Source of the DNA: an uncultured Clostridia bacterium
GTDB lineage: Bacteria > Bacillota > Clostridia > Oscillospirales > CAG-272
Length of the DNA: 43,444 nucleotides
Assembly: GCA_946618395.1 (NCBI GenBank)
Contig: CAMOLD010000001.1
Location: 1 to 43,444, forward strand
Reading direction: 5' to 3'
Of this stretch, positions 35,629 to 43,444 are shown in pieces (within the stretch, counting starts at the first letter, position 1; the number at the start of each line of letters is the position of its first letter). Under the pieces are notes generated by a model. The model saw nothing but the letters and a program-made list of their open reading frames with translations, searched no databases and was not told the origin of the DNA. The translations under genes and the position numbers were made by a program.

Positions 35629-35802
35629 TCAGTCGCTTTCGGTTGTTTCAGTCTTGCCGTCTTCCTGCATAGCGTCGGCAACGGCTTGTTCGGCAAGCGC
35701 GGCATCTGCCTTCGCTTGCGCTTCTTTGGTTTTCTTGACCGATTCCGCAATTAAAAACGCGGCACCGGCAAAAAGAGCAAGTTTCAAAAACGGGTGATTC
35801 AT
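35629..35802 (-). CDS. 57-aa membrane-anchored helical protein (not in the ORF track)
   Basis: Hand translation: MNHPFLKLALFAGAAFLIAESVKKTKEAQAKADAALAEQAVADAMQEDGKTETTESD. AAGGA upstream. The stop lies 4 nt before the ttcA start. Confidence 0.45.
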   Translation of the reverse strand: MNHPFLKLALFAGAAFLIAESVKKTKEAQAKADAALAEQAVADAMQEDGKTETTESD

Positions 35803-35823
35803 CGTCAAATCCTTCTTTCTGTA

Positions 35824-36609
35824 TCAAACGCCCGCGTCGGGAAAAGAGCAGGCGGCATAGATTTGCGCGGCGGCAGGTGTCATTGCTCTGGCGCCGCCGG
35901 CTTTTTTGTTGCTTTTTTCATAAAGGAAGAGCGGGGGAAGCACGCGCAAGGAGGGTGAGGCGTCTTTCACGGCTTCGGTCAAAACGGCGCAGGGCGGCGC
36001 GTCAAGGTCGGCGTGAACGAACACCGCGCGCTTCGGTTCCAGGTGGTTTTCGCGCAAAGCCGTGTAGAGCTCCGGCAGGCGTTCCGCGCGCCAAACGGTC
36101 ACAAACCGTCCCCCGGAACCTAAAAGGCGACCCGCGCAAGCGCAAAAGTCAAGAATATCGCCAAAGCATTCGTGCCGCGCAATCTCTTTTTTGGGCGCAA
36201 GATTGGTTTTGCCCGAGCCTTTGGAAAGGTAAGGCGGATTGGCAACCACCAGCGCCGGCTGTTTGTCAAAATCCTTCGCGCCAATCTCACGGATGTCCTT
36301 GCAAATCGGAAAAACGCGGCTGGCAAGCCCGTTGAGGGCGGCGTTGCGCCAAATCAAGTCGGCAAACGCTGGCTGAATTTCCACCGCGGCAACCGATTGC
36401 ACCTTTTTGGTTGTTGCCAGCAAAAGCGAGACGATCCCGGTTCCGCCGCCCAGCTCCACGGCAAACGAGGAGGGCGCAGGGCGCACAAACGCGGCAAGCA
36501 GGTAGGCGTCGGTCCCAAAAGTCAATCCGTCTGTTTTTTGAATCAGCCGCAAGTTTTCGTTCACTTCATCCAACCGCTCGTCCGGCAAAAGAAAAACGTC
36601 ATGTTCCAT
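35824..36609 (-). CDS. SAM-dependent methyltransferase, tRNA1(Val) m6A37 methyltransferase (TrmN6/YfiC)-like
   Basis: FGTDAYLLAAF, ELGGGTGIVSLLLA (SAM motif I), VVANPPYL (N6-adenine/Gln MTase motif IV). Confidence 0.75.
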   Translation of the reverse strand: MEHDVFLLPDERLDEVNENLRLIQKTDGLTFGTDAYLLAAFVRPAPSSFAVELGGGTGIVSLLLATTKKVQSVAAVEIQPAFADLIWRNAALNGLASRVFPICKDIREIGAKDFDKQPALVVANPPYLSKGSGKTNLAPKKEIARHECFGDILDFCACAGRLLGSGGRFVTVWRAERLPELYTALRENHLEPKRAVFVHADLDAPPCAVLTEAVKDASPSLRVLPPLFLYEKSNKKAGGARAMTPAAAQIYAACSFPDAGV

Positions 36610-36629
36610 AAAATAATCTCCGTGTTCGG

Positions 36630-36670
36630 AATGAAAACGGCGGAGCAGAAAAGGGATTCTGCTCCGCCGG
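36630..36670 (-). terminator. Rho-independent terminator after the ferredoxin gene
   Basis: Minus strand: CGGCGGAGCAGAAT-CCCTT-TTCTGCTCCGCCG then TTTTCATT. Confidence 0.7.
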
Positions 36671-36690
36671 ATTTCGCCGAAGATGTATCT

Positions 36691-36861
36691 TTAAGCTTCG
36701 GCAGGTGCGCCAACAGGGCAAACGCCTGCGCAGGCGCCGCAGCTGATGCATTGATCTGCATCAATTTCATATTTGCCGTCGCCTTCGCTGATGGCGCCAA
36801 CCGGGCATTCGCCGGCGCAAGCGCCGCAAGCAACGCAATCATCGGAAATCTTGTATGCCAT
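36691..36861 (-). CDS. fdx: Clostridial-type 2x[4Fe-4S] ferredoxin (56 aa, not in the ORF track)
   Basis: Hand translation: MAYKISDDCVACGACAGECPVGAISEGDGKYEIDADQCISCGACAGVCPVGAPAEA, with two CxxCxxCxxxCP motifs. GGAGG SD. Confidence 0.9.
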   Translation of the reverse strand: MAYKISDDCVACGACAGECPVGAISEGDGKYEIDADQCISCGACAGVCPVGAPAEA

Positions 36862-36895
36862 TGTTTTGTCCTCCTACAAAATTTGGTTCAATACT

Positions 36896-36923
36896 ATTCT
36901 AACATATTTTTTTTATTTTGCAA
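36896..36923 (-). promoter_or_regulatory. Sigma-A-type promoter for the ferredoxin gene
   Basis: Minus strand: TTGCAA, 16 bp, TAGAAT. Confidence 0.5.
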
Positions 36924-36958
36924 CAGTTTCCTGCAAAAAAATTATTTTTTGTGCACAT

Positions 36959-38383
36959 TTATTCTTCCGCATCGTCGTTGTCGGCGGTTTCGGCAACCGG
37001 CTCCTCGTCGGCGCGCCGTTTGCCTTTGGAAAGAACGATTGTTTCCTCGCGCTTGTATTGCTTAAAGGCTTCGGTGTCGGTAAGGCGCACGCGAACGGTT
37101 CCCGCAATGGGGTTGTTGGCAACCACTTCGCCAATGCCGTCCGCAGTTTTCACGGTGGAGCCCACCGGAGGGGTCAGCTTCAATTCCTGCGCATAGGATT
37201 CGGTTTCATAGCGCAAACAGCACATCAATCTGCCGCAGGTGCCCGAAATTTTTGCCGAGTTGAGCGAGAGCCCCTGTTCTTTTGCCATTTTGATAGAGAC
37301 CTGAACAAAATCGGAAAGGAAAGAAGCGCAGCAAAGCGGACGTCCGCAGGCGCCCAAACCGCCCAAAAGTTTCGCCTCGTCGCGAATACCAATTTGGCGG
37401 AGCTCAATGCGCGTGTGGAAAACGCCGGCAAGGTCTTTGACAAGATCTCGGAAGTCCACGCGCCCCTCGGAGGTAAAGTAGAAAAGCAGTTTGGAGTTGT
37501 CAAACGCGAACTGCACGTCAATCAACTTCATGGAAAGCCCGTGCTCTTCCACCTTTTTGCGGAAGATTTCCGCGGCGTCTTTTTCGCGCGCGCGGTTTTC
37601 CGCGTTCACGTCAATGTCCTCTTGCGAGGCAATGCGGAGCAAAGGACGCAAAGGCGCCTGTAAATCCTCTTTGGAAATGGTGCGGTTGGGGAAGGAGACT
37701 TCGCCAAACTCCGGGCCGCGCGCCGTATCCACCACAACAAAGTCGCCCTGCCGGACCTGCTTGCCCTTCGGGTCAAAGTAATAGGTTTTTCCGGTGGAGC
37801 GGAAGCGAACGCCAATAATCTGCACGCGGTCTTCCGGCGGAATGGCGGGGGAGGAAAGAACGGAGGGAATGGAATCCAAAGGGAACTCTTCTATTTCCGG
37901 CAATTCCTCGGGTGCCGCTTTGGCAAGCGGTTCGCTTTGCACCGGCGCCGAAGTCACAAAAGAAAGCTCGGATCTGGGCGCGGCGGCAGTGCTTGGTGCC
38001 TCCGGCTTTGTTCCGTCTGCGGCTTGCAGAACGATCTGCGCCCGCAATTCCTCCATCGAGAGCGTTTCTGCTTGGGTCGGCTGACCGTAAAGATCGGCAA
38101 TTCCGCGGTTTTTCTCTTTGTTTCCTCTTCCGCGGCGGCGGTTTCTGCCGTGGCGGTTTCCGTTTTGATTGTTCTTATTTTGCTGGTTCTGGTTGGACTG
38201 CACGGGAGCGGCTTTTTGGGCTTGCTCCTGCGGTTGGCGCTCTTGCGCCGGTCCCTGCGGCGGCTGTTTCCGGTCGCCGCCGTGGTGCCGCCCGCCGCGA
38301 TGGCGGCGGCGGTTGCGCCATTGCCCGGAACCGTTTCCGGCTTCGGGAGCGGCGGTATTTTTTTGCTTTTGTTCTTCACTCAT
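36959..38383 (-). CDS. ricT: PSP1-domain protein RicT/YaaT (stage 0 sporulation family) with a ~186-aa low-complexity N-terminal extension
   Basis: PSP1 core from VQIIGVRFRSTGKTYYFDP..CGRLMCCLRYE. Lies immediately downstream of holB as in B. subtilis. The N-terminus is R/G/Q/N-rich. Confidence 0.8.
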   Translation of the reverse strand: MSEEQKQKNTAAPEAGNGSGQWRNRRRHRGGRHHGGDRKQPPQGPAQERQPQEQAQKAAPVQSNQNQQNKNNQNGNRHGRNRRRGRGNKEKNRGIADLYGQPTQAETLSMEELRAQIVLQAADGTKPEAPSTAAAPRSELSFVTSAPVQSEPLAKAAPEELPEIEEFPLDSIPSVLSSPAIPPEDRVQIIGVRFRSTGKTYYFDPKGKQVRQGDFVVVDTARGPEFGEVSFPNRTISKEDLQAPLRPLLRIASQEDIDVNAENRAREKDAAEIFRKKVEEHGLSMKLIDVQFAFDNSKLLFYFTSEGRVDFRDLVKDLAGVFHTRIELRQIGIRDEAKLLGGLGACGRPLCCASFLSDFVQVSIKMAKEQGLSLNSAKISGTCGRLMCCLRYETESYAQELKLTPPVGSTVKTADGIGEVVANNPIAGTVRVRLTDTEAFKQYKREETIVLSKGKRRADEEPVAETADNDDAEE

Positions 38384-38421
38384 AAATGGGAAAAATCCTT
38401 TCTGTGGATTCTTTGAAAAAA

Positions 38422-39459
38422 TCAGGGTAAAAGTCCCGTCCGCATTGCAAAACGGGTCAAGGTCAGGCGAATGTTTGCGTTGCGGTAAAGCGCGTCCATC
38501 GCCAGGGTCATCTCGCGCGTGTAGCGCATCAATTCCGGCGCGGTAAAGCGGTAGGCAAGGTCGGCGGCGCTTTCGCGGTCGTCAAAAAAGCAGAGCGGAG
38601 CCGTTTCGGATTGTTTGAGGAGCGAAAGGTCGCGCACGCAAAGAAGCATGGTGGAAAGCCGGGAGATCACCTCGTCGCGGCGTGTTCCGAACCCGTTCAA
38701 AAACGAAATGACCGCGTTGGCTTTTGTGCGGCTGGCGGCAAGCTCCGCAAAGGTGCGCGCAAGTTTGCGCTCTTCCATTACGGACTGGCGGAATTTCGGG
38801 TCCAGCAATTTTTTCGCCTGCCCAAAGCTTCCGTTCGCGGCAACCAGCAGCTCCCGGAATTCTTGGGGAGATTGTGATTGCAACATCCGCGCCTCCGGCT
38901 CGGCGTCTAAAAGACATTTCTGCAAAACCGGTTGAGAAAGAAGGGAAAGCCGAAGTGTCGGCGCGCGACTGCGGATGGTTTCCAAAAGCGGAATCGATCC
39001 GTCGGTCAACAGGAAAAAGCGCAAATAAGCGGGCGGCTCTTCCAAAATCAAAAGGAGCGCGTTTTGCGCCGAGGGCGTCATGGTTTGCGCGTCCTCAAAA
39101 ATGTAAATTTTATTTTCCAGTTCATTCGGCGCCATGTAGGAGAAATTGCGCGCCTCGCGGATCGTTTCAACGCCAATGGTTGCCTTTCCGTCCTCCCGAC
39201 CGATCCTAATTACGTCGGGCGAGTTTCCCGAGAGGATTTTGCGGCAGGAAGGGCATTGCAAACAGGGGAGCGGAACGCCGTCCTCTCCTTTGCGTTCACA
39301 GGCAAGCGAAGCGGCAATCTGCAAAGCAAGGGTGTGTTTTCCGGTTCCGGCAGGCCCTTCCAAAATGTAGGCATGCCCCAGTCGATCCGAAAGGATCTCT
39401 GCGCCAAGTTCTGCAAGAAGCGGCTCATTGCCGTAAAAGGTTGAAAAAAAGGATTTCAT
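38422..39459 (-). CDS. holB: DNA polymerase III subunit delta-prime
   Basis: GHAYILEGPAGTGKHTLA (degenerate P-loop), zinc module CLQCPSCRK, ALLLILEEPP. Confidence 0.88.
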   Translation of the reverse strand: MKSFFSTFYGNEPLLAELGAEILSDRLGHAYILEGPAGTGKHTLALQIAASLACERKGEDGVPLPCLQCPSCRKILSGNSPDVIRIGREDGKATIGVETIREARNFSYMAPNELENKIYIFEDAQTMTPSAQNALLLILEEPPAYLRFFLLTDGSIPLLETIRSRAPTLRLSLLSQPVLQKCLLDAEPEARMLQSQSPQEFRELLVAANGSFGQAKKLLDPKFRQSVMEERKLARTFAELAASRTKANAVISFLNGFGTRRDEVISRLSTMLLCVRDLSLLKQSETAPLCFFDDRESAADLAYRFTAPELMRYTREMTLAMDALYRNANIRLTLTRFAMRTGLLP

Positions 39460-39621
39460 TCAGCCGCCTCCTTATCTGTTTTGAAAAAATCGCAACCCAT
39501 CGTCCACCCTTTTGCAAAAGCGAGCGCTGCACATAAACTTTTTCATAATATTATACCATATAAATATTTCTTTGTCAAGAATTGCAAAGCGCCAATTTTG
39601 TGAAAAATTTGCAAATTGGTA

Positions 39622-39650
39622 TTGCAATTCCGGGGTAAAGAATGTATAAT
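39622..39650 (+). promoter_or_regulatory. Sigma-A-type promoter for nfnAB
   Basis: TTGCAA, 17 bp, TG-extended TATAAT. Confidence 0.55.
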
Positions 39651-39714
39651 AAAGAGCAAAGCACCATCGTTTTTGCAATTTTATTCAAACCCATAGCCAA
39701 AAAGGAGAAAAAGC

Positions 39715-40557
39715 ATGTTCCGCATCTTAAAAAAGCAGCCGCTCAATCCAACGGTCACGCTGATGAAGATCGAAGCTCCCGCGGTTGCCAAAAAGGCGAA
39801 CCCCGGCCAGTTTATCATTTTGAGAACCGACGAATGCGGCGAGCGTATTCCGCTCACCATTGCCGATTACGATACATCCGAGGGGAGTGTCACCATCATC
39901 TTTCAGGTCGTTGGCGCAACCACCGAAAAGCTCAATCACCTCAACGAGGGCGACTGCCTGCATGATTTTGTAGGACCGCTGGGGAAAGCGACCAATACCG
40001 AGGGCAAAAAGAAGGTTGCGGTTGTTGGCGGCGGCGTCGGATGCGCCATTGCCTACCCGGTTGCAAAAAAGTTTCACAGCCTCGGAACCGTGGTGCATAC
40101 CATTGCCGGTTTCCGAACCAAGGACCTTGTCATTCTGGAAAAAGAGTTTGAGGATGCCTCCACCCGGTTTGTCAAAATGTCGGATGACGGCACCTGGGGC
40201 GAAAAGGGACTTGTAACCGATGCGCTCCGTGCCCTGATCGAGAGCGGCGAACAATATGACGAAGTCATCACCATCGGGCCGTTGCCCATGATGAAATTCG
40301 TTTGCAAACTGACCAAAGAATACGGAATCCCGACCGTCGCTTCCATGAACCCCATTATGATCGACGGAACCGGAATGTGCGGCTGTTGCCGGCTCACAGT
40401 CGGGGGCGAGATGAAATTCGCCTGCGTGGACGGCCCCGAGTTTGACGGACATCTGATCGATTTTGACGAAGCCATCGCGCGGTCCTCCATGTATCGTCCG
40501 TTCGAGCGGAAAGCACACGAAGAAGCCTGCAACCTGTTCAAAAAAGAGGTGGAATAA
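39715..40557 (+). CDS. nfnA: NADH-dependent reduced ferredoxin:NADP+ oxidoreductase subunit A (PyrK-like FAD/[2Fe-2S] protein)
   Basis: MFRILKKQPLNPTVTLMKIEAP..GQFIILR..ERIPLTIADYD..GGGVGCA..C-terminal CGCCR cluster. Confidence 0.8.
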   Translation: MFRILKKQPLNPTVTLMKIEAPAVAKKANPGQFIILRTDECGERIPLTIADYDTSEGSVTIIFQVVGATTEKLNHLNEGDCLHDFVGPLGKATNTEGKKKVAVVGGGVGCAIAYPVAKKFHSLGTVVHTIAGFRTKDLVILEKEFEDASTRFVKMSDDGTWGEKGLVTDALRALIESGEQYDEVITIGPLPMMKFVCKLTKEYGIPTVASMNPIMIDGTGMCGCCRLTVGGEMKFACVDGPEFDGHLIDFDEAIARSSMYRPFERKAHEEACNLFKKEVE

Positions 40558-40559
40558 CC

Positions 40560-41948
40560 ATGCCGAATATGAATCCGAAAAAGAACCCCATGCCCTCGCA
40601 AGATCCGGCAGTCCGCCGGCGCAATTTCGGCGAGGTCGCGCTGGGATACACCAAAGAAATGGCGATTGATGAAGCCGAGCGTTGCCTGAATTGCAAGAAC
40701 ATGCCCTGCGTGAGTGGCTGTCCGGTCGGCATCGAAATTCCAAAATTCATTCAAAAAGTCAAAACGGGCGAATTTGAAGAGGCATACCGCATCATCACCG
40801 AGGCAAGTTCGCTTCCCGCCGTTTGCGGCAGAGTTTGCCCGCAGGAAACGCAATGCGAGGGCAAGTGCGTCCGCGGCATCAAAGGCGAGCCGGTCGGCAT
40901 CGGCAGACTGGAACGCTTCGTAGCCGACTATCACAATGCCCAGCCCGGCGTTCATGCCGAACCGGTAACATCAAACGGACATAAGGTTGCCGTCATCGGT
41001 TCGGGCCCTGCCGGATTGACCTGCGCCGGCGATCTTGCAAGAAAAGGTTACCAGGTCACGGTTTTTGAGGCATTGCACACAGCCGGCGGCGTGTTGGTTT
41101 ACGGCATTCCCGAATTCCGTCTGCCCAAGGCAATCGTTGCAAGGGAGATTGAAACGCTCAAAGAGCTGGGCGTCAAAATCGATGTCAACACCGTGGTTGG
41201 CAGAACGGTTTCCATTCGGGAACTGATGGAGGAAGAGGGCTTTGAGGCGGTCTTTATCGGTTCGGGCGCCGGACTCCCTCGCTTTATGAAAATCCCGGGC
41301 GAAAACCTCAAAGGCGTTTATTCCGCAAACGAATTTTTAACGCGCGTCAACCTGATGAAATCTTACCTTCCGGATAGCGCAACGCCAATCCAACAGGCAA
41401 AAAAAGTGGTCGTTGTCGGCGGCGGAAACGTTGCCATGGATGCGGCAAGAAGTGCAATGCGCCTGGGCGCCGAGGAGGTTTCCATCGTCTACCGCCGTTC
41501 GCTGGATGAGCTTCCCGCGCGGCGCGAGGAAGTGGAACATGCCATGGAAGAGGGCGTTGAATTCCGCCTGCTCAATAACCCCACCGAAATTTTGGGGGAC
41601 GAAACCGGTTTTGTCCGCGGCGTTCGCGTCATCAAAATGGAGCTTGGCGAGCCGGATGCTTCGGGCAGAAGAAGCCCGGTGGAAATTCCCGGCTCGGAGT
41701 ATGAGCTGGAATGCGATTGCGTCATCATCGCCATCGGAACCTCTCCCAACCCCCTCATCAAATCCACCACCAGCGGTCTGGAAGTCAATCGCCGCGGCGG
41801 CATTGTGACCGAGGAGGCAACCGGAAGAACCTCGCTTGCCCGTGTTTATGCCGGCGGCGACGCCGTCACCGGGGCGGCAACCGTCATTCTCGCCATGGGC
41901 GCGGGAAAAGCGGCGGCAAAAGCCATTGACGAAGACTTGAACCAATAA
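40560..41948 (+). CDS. nfnB: NfnB / GltD-like NADPH-dependent oxidoreductase (glutamate synthase small-subunit family)
   Basis: RNFGEVALGYT..ERCLNCKNMPCVSGCPV..CGRVCPQETQCEGKC..VAVIGSGPAGLTCAGDLA..VVVGGGNVAMD. Confidence 0.85.
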   Translation: MPNMNPKKNPMPSQDPAVRRRNFGEVALGYTKEMAIDEAERCLNCKNMPCVSGCPVGIEIPKFIQKVKTGEFEEAYRIITEASSLPAVCGRVCPQETQCEGKCVRGIKGEPVGIGRLERFVADYHNAQPGVHAEPVTSNGHKVAVIGSGPAGLTCAGDLARKGYQVTVFEALHTAGGVLVYGIPEFRLPKAIVAREIETLKELGVKIDVNTVVGRTVSIRELMEEEGFEAVFIGSGAGLPRFMKIPGENLKGVYSANEFLTRVNLMKSYLPDSATPIQQAKKVVVVGGGNVAMDAARSAMRLGAEEVSIVYRRSLDELPARREEVEHAMEEGVEFRLLNNPTEILGDETGFVRGVRVIKMELGEPDASGRRSPVEIPGSEYELECDCVIIAIGTSPNPLIKSTTSGLEVNRRGGIVTEEATGRTSLARVYAGGDAVTGAATVILAMGAGKAAAKAIDEDLNQ

Positions 41949-41960
41949 GAAAAAGCAAAT

Positions 41961-42015
41961 AAAAAAGCGGCAAACCGTTTTCCTTGCGGAATTCGGTTTG
42001 CCGTCTTTTATTTTT
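41961..42015. terminator. Bidirectional terminator between nfnB and the VanZ-phosphoesterase gene
   Basis: AAAAAAGCGGCAAACCG-16 nt-CGGTTTGCCG then TCTTTTATTTTT. Confidence 0.7.
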
Positions 42016-43255
42016 CCAAAGGCTTTACATCAATCAAAACCAGCTCGCGCGGATTGTTGATGCGCGGAATGCAGGTATGGTCGCCAAGCCCGCGGGAAAT
42101 CACACACCGACCGTCCAGAACGCCGGAAGTATATTTCGGAAACAGCCCTTGATCGGGTGCATAAAGCCCGTGCCCGAAAAACCGCCAGTGTCCGCCGTGC
42201 GCGTGTCCGCAAACGACCAGATCAACGCTCGTTTTTTGAATGTAGGGAACAAAGTATTCGGGGTGGTGGCAAAGCAGAACGCGGTAGCCCGGCAGAGCGT
42301 CAAATTTTGCAAGCGCACCGGTATCCGGCGCATTTTTTTCGCCTTCAAAGCCGGATTCCAATCCGCAAAACCAAATATCGTTTTGCAAAACACTCTCATT
42401 GCGCAAAAGAACGGCGCCCGTTTTCGCAACGCGCTCGGCAAAACCGGCGGGCAGTTCTTTTTTGCGCGGCTTTGCAAAGGGGTTCCCGTGCCGTGACGCT
42501 CCGCATTCGTGGTTTCCAAGCGAATAATAGGTCGGTGCAATCGAGGCGCAAACCGTCAAAAAATCAAACGGTGCGTCGCCGTCCTCCGCAATCTTCTCAT
42601 AGGTCACCAAATCTCCGGGAATCAGAATCGCGTCGGGCTTGGCGCTTCTCAAAAGCTCCGGCAGGCGCTCGTCAAAGCGACCGTGCAGGTCGGCAACCAC
42701 GGCAAAGCGGAGCGACTTTTCAATTTTGGAAGCGGAAAAAGAATAAACCGTTGTCAAAATCTTTTTCGGCTTTTTCTGCGCCCAAAGGACAAGAAAACGG
42801 ATCAATAGCAAAACCGAACAGGCAACCAGCGCGCCCGAGGTGTCAATCAGCATATCCAGCACACTTGCCGCCCGACCAAAGGAAAATTTTTGGTGCAACT
42901 CATCGGTCGCGGCATAGACCATGGCAAGGCCGATTGAGCCGGAATACTGCATGACTACAATGCCGTCCCAGGTCAAAAGGAACAGGAAAATCAAGGCACC
43001 CAGCGATGCGTATTCCGAAAAATGCGCAATCTTGCGGATTGGCGGCTCCATTTTTTTTACAATTATTTTTTGCTCTTCCGGCGGCTTTTTTTCAAAGTCC
43101 GGAACAACCACCTCGGCAACTTTTTCGGTCACAGTGCTGCTTGTTTGAGAGGACTTTGCGGCATTCTCGCCCGAAAAGCCGAAAATCACCGCAAGGTTCA
43201 AAGCAATCAGAATGCCGAGGATGATTCGTAAAACAATCAACCGTTTTTTTCTCAT
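42008..43255 (-). CDS. Fusion protein: N-terminal VanZ-like membrane domain plus C-terminal calcineurin-like metallophosphoesterase
   Basis: VanZ: IRKIAHFSEYASLGAL..ATDELHQKFSFGRAASVLDMLIDTSGA. MPE: FAVVADLHG, IPGDL, LGNHE, CHHPEYF, VCGHAHGG. Confidence 0.8.
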   Translation of the reverse strand: MRKKRLIVLRIILGILIALNLAVIFGFSGENAAKSSQTSSTVTEKVAEVVVPDFEKKPPEEQKIIVKKMEPPIRKIAHFSEYASLGALIFLFLLTWDGIVVMQYSGSIGLAMVYAATDELHQKFSFGRAASVLDMLIDTSGALVACSVLLLIRFLVLWAQKKPKKILTTVYSFSASKIEKSLRFAVVADLHGRFDERLPELLRSAKPDAILIPGDLVTYEKIAEDGDAPFDFLTVCASIAPTYYSLGNHECGASRHGNPFAKPRKKELPAGFAERVAKTGAVLLRNESVLQNDIWFCGLESGFEGEKNAPDTGALAKFDALPGYRVLLCHHPEYFVPYIQKTSVDLVVCGHAHGGHWRFFGHGLYAPDQGLFPKYTSGVLDGRCVISRGLGDHTCIPRINNPRELVLIDVKPLEK

Positions 43256-43288
43256 TCAACTATCCTCTTGGTTTGAAAATCTGATTTT

Positions 43289-43317
43289 ATTATACAGGAG
43301 CGCGGGGCATTTTGCAA
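43289..43317 (-). promoter_or_regulatory. Sigma-A-type promoter for the VanZ-phosphoesterase gene
   Basis: Minus strand: TTGCAA, 17 bp, TATAAT. Confidence 0.55.
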
Positions 43318-43343
43318 GTCTTTTTTGTCGAAAAATTGCATTT

Positions 43344-43444
43344 TCAGCAAAGTAGTAAAAGAGCAAGCAGAAGCGGTAGCTCGTTGTCCTCGCCGGAGGA
43401 GCCGAGCAAAACGATCAGCCCAATCAAAAGCAATTCTTCAAAAT
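43344..43444 (-). CDS. Possible 3' end of a minus-strand gene running off the window (hydrophobic C-terminus)
   Basis: Open frame ..FEELLLIGLIVLLGSSGEDNELPLLLALLLLC then a stop at 43344-43346. Too short to identify. Confidence 0.25.
   Translation of the reverse strand, partial: FEELLLIGLIVLLGSSGEDNELPLLLALLLLC

Noticed and set aside
36561-36842. 93-aa minus-strand ORF from the track.
   Set aside because: The same DNA in another frame encodes a perfect 56-aa 2x[4Fe-4S] ferredoxin with a GGAGG SD (36691-36861). The 93-aa frame has no motif and runs across the ferredoxin terminator.
1-43444. Search for tRNA, rRNA, riboswitch or T-box leaders, transposases, integrases, phage genes and defence systems.
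   Set aside because: No intergenic region is long or structured enough for a tRNA, rRNA or known riboswitch. Most 5' UTRs are under 90 nt. No ORF shows recombinase, nuclease or defence-type motifs. Gene order and composition look like core chromosome throughout.

Overview
This 43.4-kb chromosomal segment is about 55% GC and looks like a spore-forming Firmicute of the Clostridia type. Supporting markers are spoIIR, holB-ricT/yaaT synteny, an SLH-domain wall protein, a clostridial 2x[4Fe-4S] ferredoxin, a reverse rubrerythrin and NfnAB. Gene content is mostly core. It includes the 3' end of a heavy-metal P-type ATPase, a Fur-family regulator plus metal-transporter operon, spoIIR, rbfA, prmC, ddl, a CapD-like dehydratase and a DtxR/MntR-type regulator. 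It also holds a complete nine-gene V-type ATPase operon, a CarD-like factor, an rpe-ispF-ispD-rpiB-tsaB-tsaE block, rpmB, nrdR, an aminotransferase, aroC, ygiQ, ttcA and nfnAB. I saw no rRNA, tRNA, CRISPR array, transposase or integrase. Three sub-60-aa genes absent from the ORF track were found by hand: a ferredoxin and two small membrane peptides. The most interesting items are: (1) A three-gene operon (31417-32856) encodes an HPr-kinase-like P-loop protein, a PqqD-type RiPP recognition element and an anchor-less Ser-His (SipW/ER-type) peptidase. It has no precursor peptide, cyclase or exporter nearby, so it is an orphan RiPP-like cassette of unknown function. (2) An array of five different perfect palindromes separated by an invariant heptamer WCATCAC (24596-24702) sits in an oversized convergent intergenic gap. 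(3) A stand-alone 44-aa membrane-peptide gene (29469-29603) has a consensus promoter and its own terminator, just upstream of an Amidase_6 gene. (4) Twin TGAGAA-N3-TTCTCA palindromes bracket the promoter of the Fur-family/metal-transporter operon. All functional calls rest on motif recognition by eye; no database search was run.
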